In this document: positions 1 through 8,353 of the stretch, piece by piece
Numbering within the stretch: position 1 is the first letter of the stretch
Layout of the letters: each line of letters begins with the position of its first letter
Assembly (NCBI GenBank): GCA_028698185.1
Contig: JAQVDW010000003.1
Span: 30,001 to 62,000 of the forward strand
DNA length: 32,000 nucleotides
Source: Erysipelotrichaceae bacterium
Lineage (GTDB): Bacteria; Bacillota_I; Bacilli_A; Erysipelotrichales; Coprobacillaceae
Direction: 5' to 3'
Made by a program: the position numbers and the translations under genes
The notes under the pieces: generated by a model
Told to the model about the DNA's origin: nothing
The model's database searches: none
The model's input: the letters and a program-made list of their open reading frames with translations, nothing else

Positions 1-421
1 CCTGACAGAGCAGGGTGAATGGTCCGGAAACAAAGTTGATTACCGGAAGGTCATTTTTTTGGGCAAGTCTTCTTGTTGCATCGAGATGTGCTAGGTATCG
101 GCTTGTCTTAAGGTTGGGTACTTGCTTTTCCAAAAGATAGTCAATGCTGATTGGCGCAATTACCGATGGCAACGTCTTGATGTGATAAAGCATCATCACA
201 TTGAAACATTCGGCCTCGATGGTCAAATCCATCAAGGGGATATATGCAGGGAGATTGAATTCTTCGGTAGATTTGATTGTTGCCAGGGAAATCAATTCGC
301 CTGAGGTCAATGAGGAGGTGATCGATAAGCCGAGCGAATTGAGATAGTAATTCGTTATGAATGGCAACAGGCGGCATTCTTTCTTTGTCTGTGCCAGCCA
401 GTTTTTCTTGTCAAAACTCAC
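1..421 (-). CDS. UROD/MtaA-like (uroporphyrinogen decarboxylase family) protein, N-terminal ~140 codons; the 3' end runs off the left edge
   Basis: This gene is absent from the ORF track because it has no stop codon inside the window. The minus-strand frame with codons at 421, 418, ... is open from a TGA at 454-452 down to base 1. Hand translation: (V/M)SFDKKNWLAQTKKECRLLPFITNYYLNSLGLSITSSLTSGELISLATIKSTEEFNLPAYIPLMDLTIEAECFNVMMLYHIKTLPSVIAPISIDYLLEKQVPNLKTSRYLAHLDATRRLAQKNDLPVINFVSGPFTLLCQ. The blocks DLTIEAE and PVINFVSGPFTL resemble conserved UROD/MtaA-family blocks. The only plausible start is GTG 421-419, which shares one base with the metG TAG stop (TAGTG). Confidence 0.5.
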   Translation of the reverse strand, partial: MSFDKKNWLAQTKKECRLLPFITNYYLNSLGLSITSSLTSGELISLATIKSTEEFNLPAYIPLMDLTIEAECFNVMMLYHIKTLPSVIAPISIDYLLEKQVPNLKTSRYLAHLDATRRLAQKNDLPVINFVSGPFTLLCQ

Positions 422-2346
422 TATGATATTTTTGCCCCATTTGGAAGCTTGTCAAGCATCGGAACTTCGATCAATTTCTTTTGCACTCCCGCCAAGATCA
501 TTCCTTGGGATTCAACCCCTCTAAGTTTTACTGGTTTCAGGTTTTTGACAACGATGACTTTTTTGCCAATCAAGTCTGCCGGTTCATAGAAATCTGCGAT
601 TCCGGACACTATTTGTCTGGTCTGGTCACCGATATTAATCTGACTTACAAGTAGTTTTTTCGCATCTGGATGTTTTTCACATTTTTCGATTGTTCCTACA
701 ACCAGGTCAACCTTCTTGAAATCATCGATTGTGATGAAATCTTCTTCAACTGCCTCAACATCGGCACTTTTGGCATTCAGGGCCTCAACTTTGGCATTGA
801 TTTCTTTAGGGTCCAGGCGGGCGAACAGCACTTCTGGATTGTTGGTCACTGAATTTCCAACTTCATAACCACCGAATGTGTCCAGGCTTGAAAAGTCGCG
901 ATTGCCAGTATTGATCTGGTTTAAAATTGAAGTGGCGCTTGATGGGATGTATGGATACAATGCGATGGCACTAAAACGGATAGCTTCAATAAGATTGTAG
1001 ATAACGGTTTGCAAACGCTCAGCCTGGCTTTCATCTTTTGCTAGAACCCATGGGGCCGTCTCATCGATATACTTGTTTGTGCGGCGTAGTGCGACCATGA
1101 TTTCGTCTAAGGCCTTGGCAATTTTGAAATCGTCCGCGTATTCTTTGACTTTGGCTACCATGTCAACAACGGCATCCTTGAGCTCCTGGTCGACCGGTTC
1201 ACTGACCAGGGGATTTGTGACAACTCCATCGAAATATTTGTTGGCCATCGCGATAGTGCGGTTAACCAGATTTCCTAGAGTGTTAGCCAGATCGGTGTTG
1301 ATCTTTTCGATGACCAGTTCCCAAGTCAATGATCCATCATTGTCGTATGGGATTTCAGATAGCACATAATAGCGGGTTGCATCAACTCCGAAAATATCAA
1401 CCAGGTCGTCGGCATAAATCACGTTGCCCTTCGATTTTGACATTTTTGAATCGCCTTGAAGGAGCCATGGATGACCGAACACCTGTTTTGGCAAAGGAAT
1501 ATCCAAAGCCATCAACATTATCGGCCAATAGATAGTGTGGAAACGGACGATGTCTTTTCCGATGATATGGACATCTGCCGGCCAGTATTTTTTGTACAGG
1601 TCACCGTGGTTTCCGTCAACATCATAACCTAAACCGGTGATATAGTTAGAAAGGGCATCAATCCAGACATAAACAACGTGCTTTGGATCAAAGTCGACAG
1701 GTATCGACCAGGTGAATGATGTTCGGGAAACGCAAAGGTCTTGCAGTCCAGGCAACAGGAAGTTGTTCATCATCTCGTTTTTCCGTGAAACCGGCTGGAT
1801 GAATTCAGGGTTGTCATTGATATGCTTGATCAGACGATCGGCATATTTTGACAGTTTGAAAAAGTAAGCCTCTTCCTTGGCATCTTCTACCGGTCCGCCG
1901 CAGTCAGGGCAAGCTCCGTCATTTAGCTGGCTTTCTGTGAAGAAAGATTCGCAGGCTTTGCAATATTTTCCTTCATAATGGCCTAAGTAGATATCGCCTT
2001 GGTCATATAATTTTTTAAATATTTTTTGAACCTGTCTTTCATGGTATTCGTCTGTGGTTCTTATAAAATAATCGTAAGAAGTATCCATCCGGTCCCAGAT
2101 TCTTTTGACGTCTTTGGCAATTTCGTCGACGAATTGTTGGGGAGGAACGTTTGCGGCCTTTGCCTTGTCTTCAATCTTCTGACCGTGTTCGTCGGTTCCT
2201 GTTTGAAAATAGACATTGTAGCCTTCCTGGCGCTTGAATCGCGCAATGGCGTCGGCTAAAATAATCTCATAGGTATTTCCGATGTGCGGTTTGCCAGATG
2301 TGTAGGTTATCGCGGTTGTTAAATAGTAATCATTCGCTGTTTTCAT
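421..2346 (-). CDS. metG: Methionine--tRNA ligase with a C-terminal tRNA-binding (EMAP/Trbp111-like) domain
   Basis: Class I aaRS HIGH-type motif (GKPHIGNTYE), KMSKS motif, a Cys knuckle (CKACESF...CPDCGG) and a C-terminal FKKVDLVVGTIEKCEKHPDAKKLLVSQINIG tRNA-binding domain. I moved the start to ATG 2346 (MKTANDYYLT), downstream of the T-box terminator. The track start at 2421 would lie inside the leader. Confidence 0.97.
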   Translation of the reverse strand: MKTANDYYLTTAITYTSGKPHIGNTYEIILADAIARFKRQEGYNVYFQTGTDEHGQKIEDKAKAANVPPQQFVDEIAKDVKRIWDRMDTSYDYFIRTTDEYHERQVQKIFKKLYDQGDIYLGHYEGKYCKACESFFTESQLNDGACPDCGGPVEDAKEEAYFFKLSKYADRLIKHINDNPEFIQPVSRKNEMMNNFLLPGLQDLCVSRTSFTWSIPVDFDPKHVVYVWIDALSNYITGLGYDVDGNHGDLYKKYWPADVHIIGKDIVRFHTIYWPIMLMALDIPLPKQVFGHPWLLQGDSKMSKSKGNVIYADDLVDIFGVDATRYYVLSEIPYDNDGSLTWELVIEKINTDLANTLGNLVNRTIAMANKYFDGVVTNPLVSEPVDQELKDAVVDMVAKVKEYADDFKIAKALDEIMVALRRTNKYIDETAPWVLAKDESQAERLQTVIYNLIEAIRFSAIALYPYIPSSATSILNQINTGNRDFSSLDTFGGYEVGNSVTNNPEVLFARLDPKEINAKVEALNAKSADVEAVEEDFITIDDFKKVDLVVGTIEKCEKHPDAKKLLVSQINIGDQTRQIVSGIADFYEPADLIGKKVIVVKNLKPVKLRGVESQGMILAGVQKKLIEVPMLDKLPNGAKIS

Positions 2347-2408
2347 GTTTTTTTGATGATTAATTGGATTAATCATATCCTTTCTATAGTCTGATAAATT
2401 TGGGAATA

Positions 2409-2618
2409 AAAAAAGTACCAATTAAAGGACGAAAAAATTCGCGGTACCACCTTTATTATACGGATCCGTATCTCTTGAAGCGTTAACGCCGCCCACGTTT
2501 ATTTCTACATATCGAAATAACTGCTCATGAACCATTCGACTAAAATAGCCTGTCAGTTTTCACCAGCCACTGACTCTCTTAAAGGCGTTTGATAGCTTCT
2601 TTCAATCATCGCATTTTC
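2409..2618 (-). promoter_or_regulatory. T-box leader (tRNA-sensing transcription attenuator) upstream of metG, with AUG as the candidate specifier
   Basis: The minus strand reads AAAGGTGGTACCGCG (plus 2440-2454), matching the conserved T-box core. It is followed by an AT-rich hairpin and a T7 run (plus 2409-2415). Stem I shows AGAGAG (plus 2574-2579) followed by a TCAGT/ACTGA hairpin whose loop contains TGGTGAAA. Two candidate AUG specifier triplets lie on the 3' side of Stem I, at plus 2533-2535 (GAAUGG) and 2526-2528 (UCAUGA). Confidence 0.85.
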
Positions 2619-2624
2619 CAGTAC

Positions 2625-2653
2625 ATTTTAACCCTTGAAGCCAGGTTTGTCAA
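2625..2653 (-). promoter_or_regulatory. SigA-type promoter for the metG leader
   Basis: The minus strand has TTGACA (plus 2648-2653), a 17-nt spacer and TAAAAT (plus 2625-2630). Confidence 0.65.
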
Positions 2654-2692
2654 ATGATAGTTGCATGGAGATATTTTCATATTTTAAAATTA

Positions 2693-2721
2693 TTGTCATA
2701 TAAGGGGATTACCGGTATTAT
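2693..2721 (+). promoter_or_regulatory. Candidate promoter for scrR
   Basis: TTGTCA (2693-2698), a 17-nt spacer and TATTAT (2716-2721), followed by GGAG before ATG 2755. Confidence 0.4.
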
Positions 2722-2754
2722 AATAGAATAAAGTCAAATGCAAATGGAGTAGTT

Positions 2755-3741
2755 ATGGATAAGAAATTAACGATAAAGGATATAGCAAAACTCGCCGGTG
2801 TAGGCAAGTCAACTGTTTCCCGGTATTTCAACGACGGTTCGATCAAGGAAGAGACCCGGGAAAAAATAAAAAAAGTGATCGAGGAAAACAATTTTGAGCC
2901 TAATCAATTTGCCGCCAGCTTGAAGGCCAAGCAATCCAAGCTTATCGGCGTGATTGCCCCTTGCTTTGATTCGACTATTGCCTCGAGAATCTTGATGAGC
3001 ATCGATGACAAGCTGCTGAAAGAAGGTTATCGATCAGTAGTGATCAACACCAACCATTCCCAGACCAGGGAGCTTGACTCGATCATGGCCTTGTGGCGCA
3101 TGAACGTGGATGGCATAATTCTGATTGCCACGAATATAACCATGGCCCACCGGACGGCAGCGGCAAAGATCGATGTCCCGTTGATATTCTTAGGTCAGGA
3201 TGTTCCAGGAGCAATATCAATAATCAATGATGATTACCACGCGGGCTATGATGCCGGCAATCTGGCTGGTAGAACAAATCCAAAAAACGTGCTGATTGTC
3301 AGCGTCGACAAGTGGGATGAAGCGGTGGGGGATACCCGGCGGCGCGGCATTGTTGCCGGTTTGAAGGATAACGGTATTACCAAGATCGATATCGTCGAAT
3401 CGGACTTCTCCTACAAAAAGACCCAGAGACTGTTGAACGATCGGCTGGATCGAAAGAATTACGATGCAATCATCTGCGCCACCGACAATATGGCCCTGGC
3501 GGCATTCAAAGTGCTCAAGGATCGCAATTTTCGTGTCCCGGAAGATGTTTCGCTAATCGGGTTCGGGGGTTACGACATCACCAGCCTGATCAGCCCAAGT
3601 CTGACGTCGTTTAGATTCGAAAGTGAGTACGCGGGGAAATTGGCTGTCGATACAATGATTGATTTAATAAATGGCGATGAAGTAGAACAGCAGCAAGTGA
3701 TCGGCTACAGTTGTATCATCGGTGAAAGTGTCAGACTGTAA
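2755..3741 (+). CDS. scrR: LacI-family transcriptional repressor, sucrose operon repressor type
   Basis: N-terminal HTH (TIKDIAKLAGVGKSTVSRYFN), a periplasmic-binding-protein-like effector domain, and a position directly upstream of scrA and scrB. Confidence 0.85.
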   Translation: MDKKLTIKDIAKLAGVGKSTVSRYFNDGSIKEETREKIKKVIEENNFEPNQFAASLKAKQSKLIGVIAPCFDSTIASRILMSIDDKLLKEGYRSVVINTNHSQTRELDSIMALWRMNVDGIILIATNITMAHRTAAAKIDVPLIFLGQDVPGAISIINDDYHAGYDAGNLAGRTNPKNVLIVSVDKWDEAVGDTRRRGIVAGLKDNGITKIDIVESDFSYKKTQRLLNDRLDRKNYDAIICATDNMALAAFKVLKDRNFRVPEDVSLIGFGGYDITSLISPSLTSFRFESEYAGKLAVDTMIDLINGDEVEQQQVIGYSCIIGESVRL

Positions 3742-3768
3742 GGTCGGCACTTTATTTTTTAAAGAAAA

Positions 3769-3846
3769 TGGAACCGTTCCCAATTTTATTATTGACACAG
3801 TCCTTGGGGCGTGCTATATTATAGGTGTGATATGGGAACGTTCCCA
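3769..3846 (+). promoter_or_regulatory. scrA promoter flanked by two LacI-type operators
   Basis: O1 is TGGAACCGTTCCCA (3769-3782, imperfect). The promoter is TTGACA (3792-3797), a 17-nt spacer and TATATT (3815-3820). O2 is TGGGAACGTTCCCA (3833-3846), a perfect 14-bp palindrome just before the AGGAGG RBS. Confidence 0.75.
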
Positions 3847-3863
3847 AGAAGGAGGAGAGTTTT

Positions 3864-5771
3864 ATGAATTATAATGCTATAGCCAAAGAAATTATAGCTG
3901 GAGTCGGTGGCAAAGAAAATATCCAACAGATATTCCATTGCGCCACGAGACTTCGAATCGTTGTAAAGGATAGTGCCAAAATTGATGATGCAAAGGTTAC
4001 CGACATTGAAGCGGTAAAGGGCACTTTCAACAACAAGGGGCAATATCAGATAATATTAGGATCCGGAGTGGTCAATTTGGTCTGTGAGCAAGCCCAGAAG
4101 ATAACTGGAATTGGTGGCAATGATACAGTCGTCAATGCTGATGAGCGGCCTGAAGGAAATTTACTGCAACGTTTTGTAAACACACTAAGCGACATTTTTG
4201 TACCGATAATTCCTGCCATCGTTGCCGGCGGTCTTTTGATGGGGATCAACAATCTGTTGACTTCTCAAGGTCTTTTCTACCCTGGCATGAGCGTGATCGA
4301 CGCGAACCCAGGCCTTGGTGATATCGCCGGATTTATCAACATGTGCGCCAATGCGCCGTTTGTATTCCTGCCGGTGTTGATCGGATTCTCGGCGACCCGA
4401 AAATTTGGGGGTAACGCATTCCTGGGTGCGGCACTGGGAATGCTCATGGTTCACCCGGATTTGTTGAATGCCTACACGTATGGGGCTACCGGAGTGGAAG
4501 TTCCGACTTGGAACTTGCTAGGTCTTGCTGTGGAAGCGGTCGGATACCAAGGTACCGTTTTGCCTGTGCTGGCGTCTTCTTGGATCTTGGCGAATATCGA
4601 AAAGAGATTGCACAAGGTTACGCCTATCTGGCTTGACAACCTTTCAACACCTCTATTGTCGATATTGGTGACAGGTCTGTTGACTTTCATCGTTGTCGGA
4701 CCAGTCATGCGGATTGCCGGAACAGGTCTTGCAGCTGGAATGACTTGGATTTATGACTCATTGGGATTTGTCGGTGGGGGTATTTTGGGATTCTTCTATG
4801 CTCCGCTGGTTATCACCGGCATGCACCACAGTTTTATCGCAATTGAAACAACGTTGTTGGCCGACATCGCCAACACCGGTGGAACGTTCATCTTCCCGAC
4901 GGCATCGGCTTCAAATGTGGCTCAAGGTGCGGCGGTACTCGCAGTTCTTTTATTGACAAAAGATGCGAAACTTAAATCAATCTGTTCGGCGTCAGGGGTT
5001 TCGGCATTATTGGGAATCACCGAGCCGGCAATGTTCGGGGTTACTTTGAAATTGAAATATCCGTTTATCGGATCATGTATCGGCGCTGCTGCAGGATCGG
5101 CATTCATGGCGGCGACAAAAACAAAAGCAATCGCCCTTGGGGCAGCAGGATTGCCTGGATTCATCTCATTCCCGGTTGATTCGCAAATTCCATTCTGGAT
5201 CGGTATCGCAATTGCATTCGCAGTATCATTTGGAACTACATTTGTGCTTCATAAAAGAAATGAAATGAAATTGGCGAAAGAAAAGGCAGCTGCGAATACA
5301 GACGTGGCCAATGGAAATTTGGTAAACAGCACCATCGAGTTACCAATCGCTGGAAAAGTGTTGCCGATGGGACAAAGCAGTGACCCGGTTTTTTCAAACA
5401 AGACTTTAGGGGACGGATTTGTCGTTATTCCTGAAGATGGAAACCTGACAGCTCCAATCAACGGAAAAATCAGTTTTATCTACCCGACCAAACATGCCAT
5501 TGGATTGGTCGATGACAATGGACTGGAAATCCTGATCCATGTCGGGATTGACACAGTATCCCTTGAAGGAAGACCTTTTGAATCTTTCGTGGCTACCAAC
5601 GATGTAGTCACGGCAGGTCAGCCCCTGATGAAAATTGATCTGCAAGCCATCAAGGCGGCCGGACTGTCTGACGAAGTTATTGTAATTGTAACTTCAAAGA
5701 CATCGTTCAAAACAAAATCAGAAATTGAAGGAGTATTGAATGAAACAATCCTCGAATTATCGGACGCTTAA
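3864..5771 (+). CDS. scrA: PTS sucrose-specific transporter, fused EIIB-EIIC-EIIA
   Basis: The N-terminal EIIB has an active-site Cys (IFHCATRLR). The large polytopic EIIC contains the GITEP motif. The C-terminal EIIA(Glc)-type domain contains ILIHVGIDTV. Confidence 0.93.
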   Translation: MNYNAIAKEIIAGVGGKENIQQIFHCATRLRIVVKDSAKIDDAKVTDIEAVKGTFNNKGQYQIILGSGVVNLVCEQAQKITGIGGNDTVVNADERPEGNLLQRFVNTLSDIFVPIIPAIVAGGLLMGINNLLTSQGLFYPGMSVIDANPGLGDIAGFINMCANAPFVFLPVLIGFSATRKFGGNAFLGAALGMLMVHPDLLNAYTYGATGVEVPTWNLLGLAVEAVGYQGTVLPVLASSWILANIEKRLHKVTPIWLDNLSTPLLSILVTGLLTFIVVGPVMRIAGTGLAAGMTWIYDSLGFVGGGILGFFYAPLVITGMHHSFIAIETTLLADIANTGGTFIFPTASASNVAQGAAVLAVLLLTKDAKLKSICSASGVSALLGITEPAMFGVTLKLKYPFIGSCIGAAAGSAFMAATKTKAIALGAAGLPGFISFPVDSQIPFWIGIAIAFAVSFGTTFVLHKRNEMKLAKEKAAANTDVANGNLVNSTIELPIAGKVLPMGQSSDPVFSNKTLGDGFVVIPEDGNLTAPINGKISFIYPTKHAIGLVDDNGLEILIHVGIDTVSLEGRPFESFVATNDVVTAGQPLMKIDLQAIKAAGLSDEVIVIVTSKTSFKTKSEIEGVLNETILELSDA

Positions 5772-7080
5772 GCTTCCCGCTGACCCGACGGCATTGAAAT
5801 ACCATCTAATGCCGCCGATGGGGTGGCTCAACGACCCAAACGGGCTTTGCCGGTTCAACGGGGCAACCCATATATTTTTCCAGCACAGCAAAGACCCGAA
5901 GGGAGGATTGAAGCAATGGGGCCATTACAGCACGGTTGACTATGTCAATTACAAGCTTCATCCAATCGCCCTGACGCCCGATTGTGGCTACGACAAGGAT
6001 GGTGTTTATTCGGGCAGTGCTTTTGTCCATGAGAATAAAATGCACCTTTACTACACCGGAAATGTCAAGTATGACGGGGATAAGGAGCGCATCATGAGCG
6101 GTCGGGACAGCAATGTCCTTCACGTGACAAGTGATGACGGTATGAATTTCTCGGGCAAGGAACTTGTCTTGACAAATGCCGACTATCCCCAAAACCTGAC
6201 CCGCCATGTCCGGGACCCCAAGGTATTCGCCAAAGACGGAGTCTATTACATGGTCCTGGGGGCGCGGAGGAAAGATGATGTCGGGGAAGTGATATTCTAC
6301 GAGTCGTCAGATCTTAAGGATTGGAAATATTTCCAAACGATGACCTCAAGCGAACCGCTGGGGTACATGTGGGAGTGTCCGGACTACATTTTTCTAGACG
6401 GTCAGGAAGTCCTGTTGTGCTGTCCTCAGGGTGTTGATACCCGGGGCGACAGATTCCAGCCGCTCTACAATAACGGCTATTTCAAGGTTGATAGAAACCA
6501 ACTGTCAGAGTTTGTCGAGATGGACATCGGGTTTGACTTCTATGCCCCGCAAACTTACACCGACAACGGCAAAGTGATCATGATTGGCTGGATGGGAATG
6601 CCCGATGTCGATTACACCAATGTCAATGACGATGAGTGGCAACATTGCCTGACTATTCCCAGGGAATTGGTTTTGGTGGATGGTGCAATAAGACAAAAGC
6701 CGATTGAAGAATTGAAAGCTTTGCGTTGCGGATATTTTTCAGGGCAGTCAATAACCCTTGAAAACAACAGTTTTGAAATGGTTTTGAACGATATCCAAGG
6801 TGATTTGTATCTGAAGCTGCGTGAAGACGTGGTAATCAGTTATGAAAATCAACTGCTCAGATTGGACATGGGAAATTCAGGCCAGGGCCGTACAAGCAGG
6901 ATTCTTGAGCTGGCTGAGCTGACAAGTCTGAAAATATATTCGGACATAACCTCGCTGGAGATTTTCGTCAATGATGGAATAAACACCATATCTACTAGAG
7001 TCTACAATGACAGCTGCAAAATTGAAAGCAATTGCCAATTTGAAGGGTACATTCTTGAAGGATTCAATATCGAGATATAA
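5740..7080 (+). CDS. scrB: Sucrose-6-phosphate hydrolase (GH32)
   Basis: GH32 motifs WLNDPNG, RDPKVF and WECPD are present. GAAGGAG lies 6 nt upstream of ATG 5740. The gene overlaps the last 32 nt of scrA. Confidence 0.93.
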   Translation: MKQSSNYRTLKLPADPTALKYHLMPPMGWLNDPNGLCRFNGATHIFFQHSKDPKGGLKQWGHYSTVDYVNYKLHPIALTPDCGYDKDGVYSGSAFVHENKMHLYYTGNVKYDGDKERIMSGRDSNVLHVTSDDGMNFSGKELVLTNADYPQNLTRHVRDPKVFAKDGVYYMVLGARRKDDVGEVIFYESSDLKDWKYFQTMTSSEPLGYMWECPDYIFLDGQEVLLCCPQGVDTRGDRFQPLYNNGYFKVDRNQLSEFVEMDIGFDFYAPQTYTDNGKVIMIGWMGMPDVDYTNVNDDEWQHCLTIPRELVLVDGAIRQKPIEELKALRCGYFSGQSITLENNSFEMVLNDIQGDLYLKLREDVVISYENQLLRLDMGNSGQGRTSRILELAELTSLKIYSDITSLEIFVNDGINTISTRVYNDSCKIESNCQFEGYILEGFNIEI

Positions 7081-7127
7081 AAAAGCCTGGAGTCACCGAT
7101 TTAAATATCGATGATTCCAGGTTTTTT
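7081..7127. terminator. Bidirectional intrinsic terminator between convergent scrB and the anti-sigma gene
   Basis: AAAAG CCTGGAGTCA ... loop ... TGATTCCAGG TTTTTT: an approximately 10-bp stem with one G-T pair, flanked by an A-run on the left and a T-run on the right. Confidence 0.7.
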
Positions 7128-7851
7128 AATGTCCGTTCGAATTTTTGTTTGAACCGCTGTTGGTTCCATTGCCCTGGGCGTTCTGGTTTGAATTTCCATC
7201 ACCGGAATCACTGTTTACGTTTGGATTGTCGTTTCCGTTTTGATGTTGTTCCTGATTTTTGATCTGCATTTGAACCTGGTTATAAGACAGACCGATGCAG
7301 TCTTCAATATCAAATTCATCGCTCAGCTGGGCCAACCTCATGCAGGCTTGATACTTGCCAAATGTCATGTTGTAGCGGTGGGCTTCCTGATAATTGAACT
7401 GCTCAAAGAAGGTAACCCCGGTCAATGAACTGTCAATCTTGGCATTGTCGTTGAAGTAGACGACCGTGATAGCCAAAGGATTGACCACCTTACCTTGAAG
7501 GCTGCTGATCACATCAAGATAATTGGCTGACAGATAATCCTGCGCATTGATCAATTCCTCGCTGGAATCATCGTACCCTGAAATTTTGATAACCCCATTG
7601 TCGGAGTCTACTTCCATTTCCACTGCCAGATCACCATCGAGCGACAGGGCCATTACTGCCTGGGCTTTGTTGAAGTAGTTGAACGATAAGAAGACCGCGA
7701 GGAAAATCGCCAAACTCGAAAGCACGGCTTTGGAAAAATAAGATCTACGTCTTCTTGGGCTTGTTTGTCGGTAGATCTGGTTCAGGGTTTGGTTTTTAAG
7801 CTCCGGCGATGCTTTAATTTGATCGAAATCGGATTTAAATTTTTCATTCAT
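7126..7851 (-). CDS. Putative single-pass membrane anti-sigma factor with an extracytoplasmic domain and an N/G/S-rich tail
   Basis: The gene overlaps the ECF sigma stop by 8 nt (ATGAATGA). AGGAG sits 9 nt upstream of ATG 7851, so I prefer that start over 7860. The protein has a roughly 40-aa cytoplasmic N-terminus, a basic RRRR stretch, a TM segment (AVLSSLAIFLAVFLSF), an approximately 150-aa outer domain and a low-complexity tail (NGNDNPNVNSDSGDGNSNQNAQGNGTNSGSNKNSNGH). There is no HxxxCxxC zinc motif. Confidence 0.55.
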   Translation of the reverse strand: MNEKFKSDFDQIKASPELKNQTLNQIYRQTSPRRRRSYFSKAVLSSLAIFLAVFLSFNYFNKAQAVMALSLDGDLAVEMEVDSDNGVIKISGYDDSSEELINAQDYLSANYLDVISSLQGKVVNPLAITVVYFNDNAKIDSSLTGVTFFEQFNYQEAHRYNMTFGKYQACMRLAQLSDEFDIEDCIGLSYNQVQMQIKNQEQHQNGNDNPNVNSDSGDGNSNQNAQGNGTNSGSNKNSNGH

Positions 7852-8323
7852 TAAAATCATCTCCTAGCTGTTTCTTCAATAATTCGCGGCCTCTTTTTAA
7901 ATCGCTGTAAATGCTGTTGACCTTCCGGTTGAGGATTTTGCCTATCTGATCGGCAGTGTATCCTTCATAGTAATGCAGATAGATGGCCAACTTGTAATTT
8001 CTTGGCAGCGATAGAACCGCAGTGATCAAGTCGCTATTGCCAAAATTTTCTTCACTTTGGATATGTCTTATCTGGTCAATGTCTACTGTCTTCTTGAAAA
8101 TGCTTTTGAAAGTATTCTTGCATTCATTGATCGTCACCCTGATCAACCAGGCCTTTTCGTGTTCCAAAGACTCAAAAGGAGATTCATGAGTAGCAAACTT
8201 TAAGAAGACATTTTGAAAGACATCCTGACAATCCGCTTCGTTTTTCAGATTCAAGAAGCAGATTTTTCTAATCATGTCTCCATATTGGTCAATTTTCATT
8301 CGACAAACATCTTCGCTAATCAT
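7844..8323 (-). CDS. ECF-type (sigma-70 family, group 4) RNA polymerase sigma factor
   Basis: Region 2-like DVFQNVFLKF...WLIRVTINECKN and a region 4 HTH (YEGYTADQIGKILNRKVNSIYSDLKRGRELL). AGGAG lies 7 nt upstream of ATG 8323. Confidence 0.85.
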   Translation of the reverse strand: MISEDVCRMKIDQYGDMIRKICFLNLKNEADCQDVFQNVFLKFATHESPFESLEHEKAWLIRVTINECKNTFKSIFKKTVDIDQIRHIQSEENFGNSDLITAVLSLPRNYKLAIYLHYYEGYTADQIGKILNRKVNSIYSDLKRGRELLKKQLGDDFNE

Positions 8324-8353
8324 AATAATCTCCTTTAGTCGTGCAAAAGAATG

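Noticed and set aside
122-377. Track ORFs 122-304 (+) and 141-377 (-) near the left edge.
   Set aside because: Both lie inside a longer minus-strand frame that is open from 451 to base 1 and encodes a coherent UROD/MtaA-like sequence. Their own translations are low-quality and have no RBS. I treat them as shadow ORFs.
2710-2717. An 8-bp palindrome, TACCGGTA, within the putative scrR promoter. I considered a ScrR autoregulatory operator.
   Set aside because: It is too short and does not share the GGGAACGTTCCC core of the scrA operators. It is likely fortuitous.
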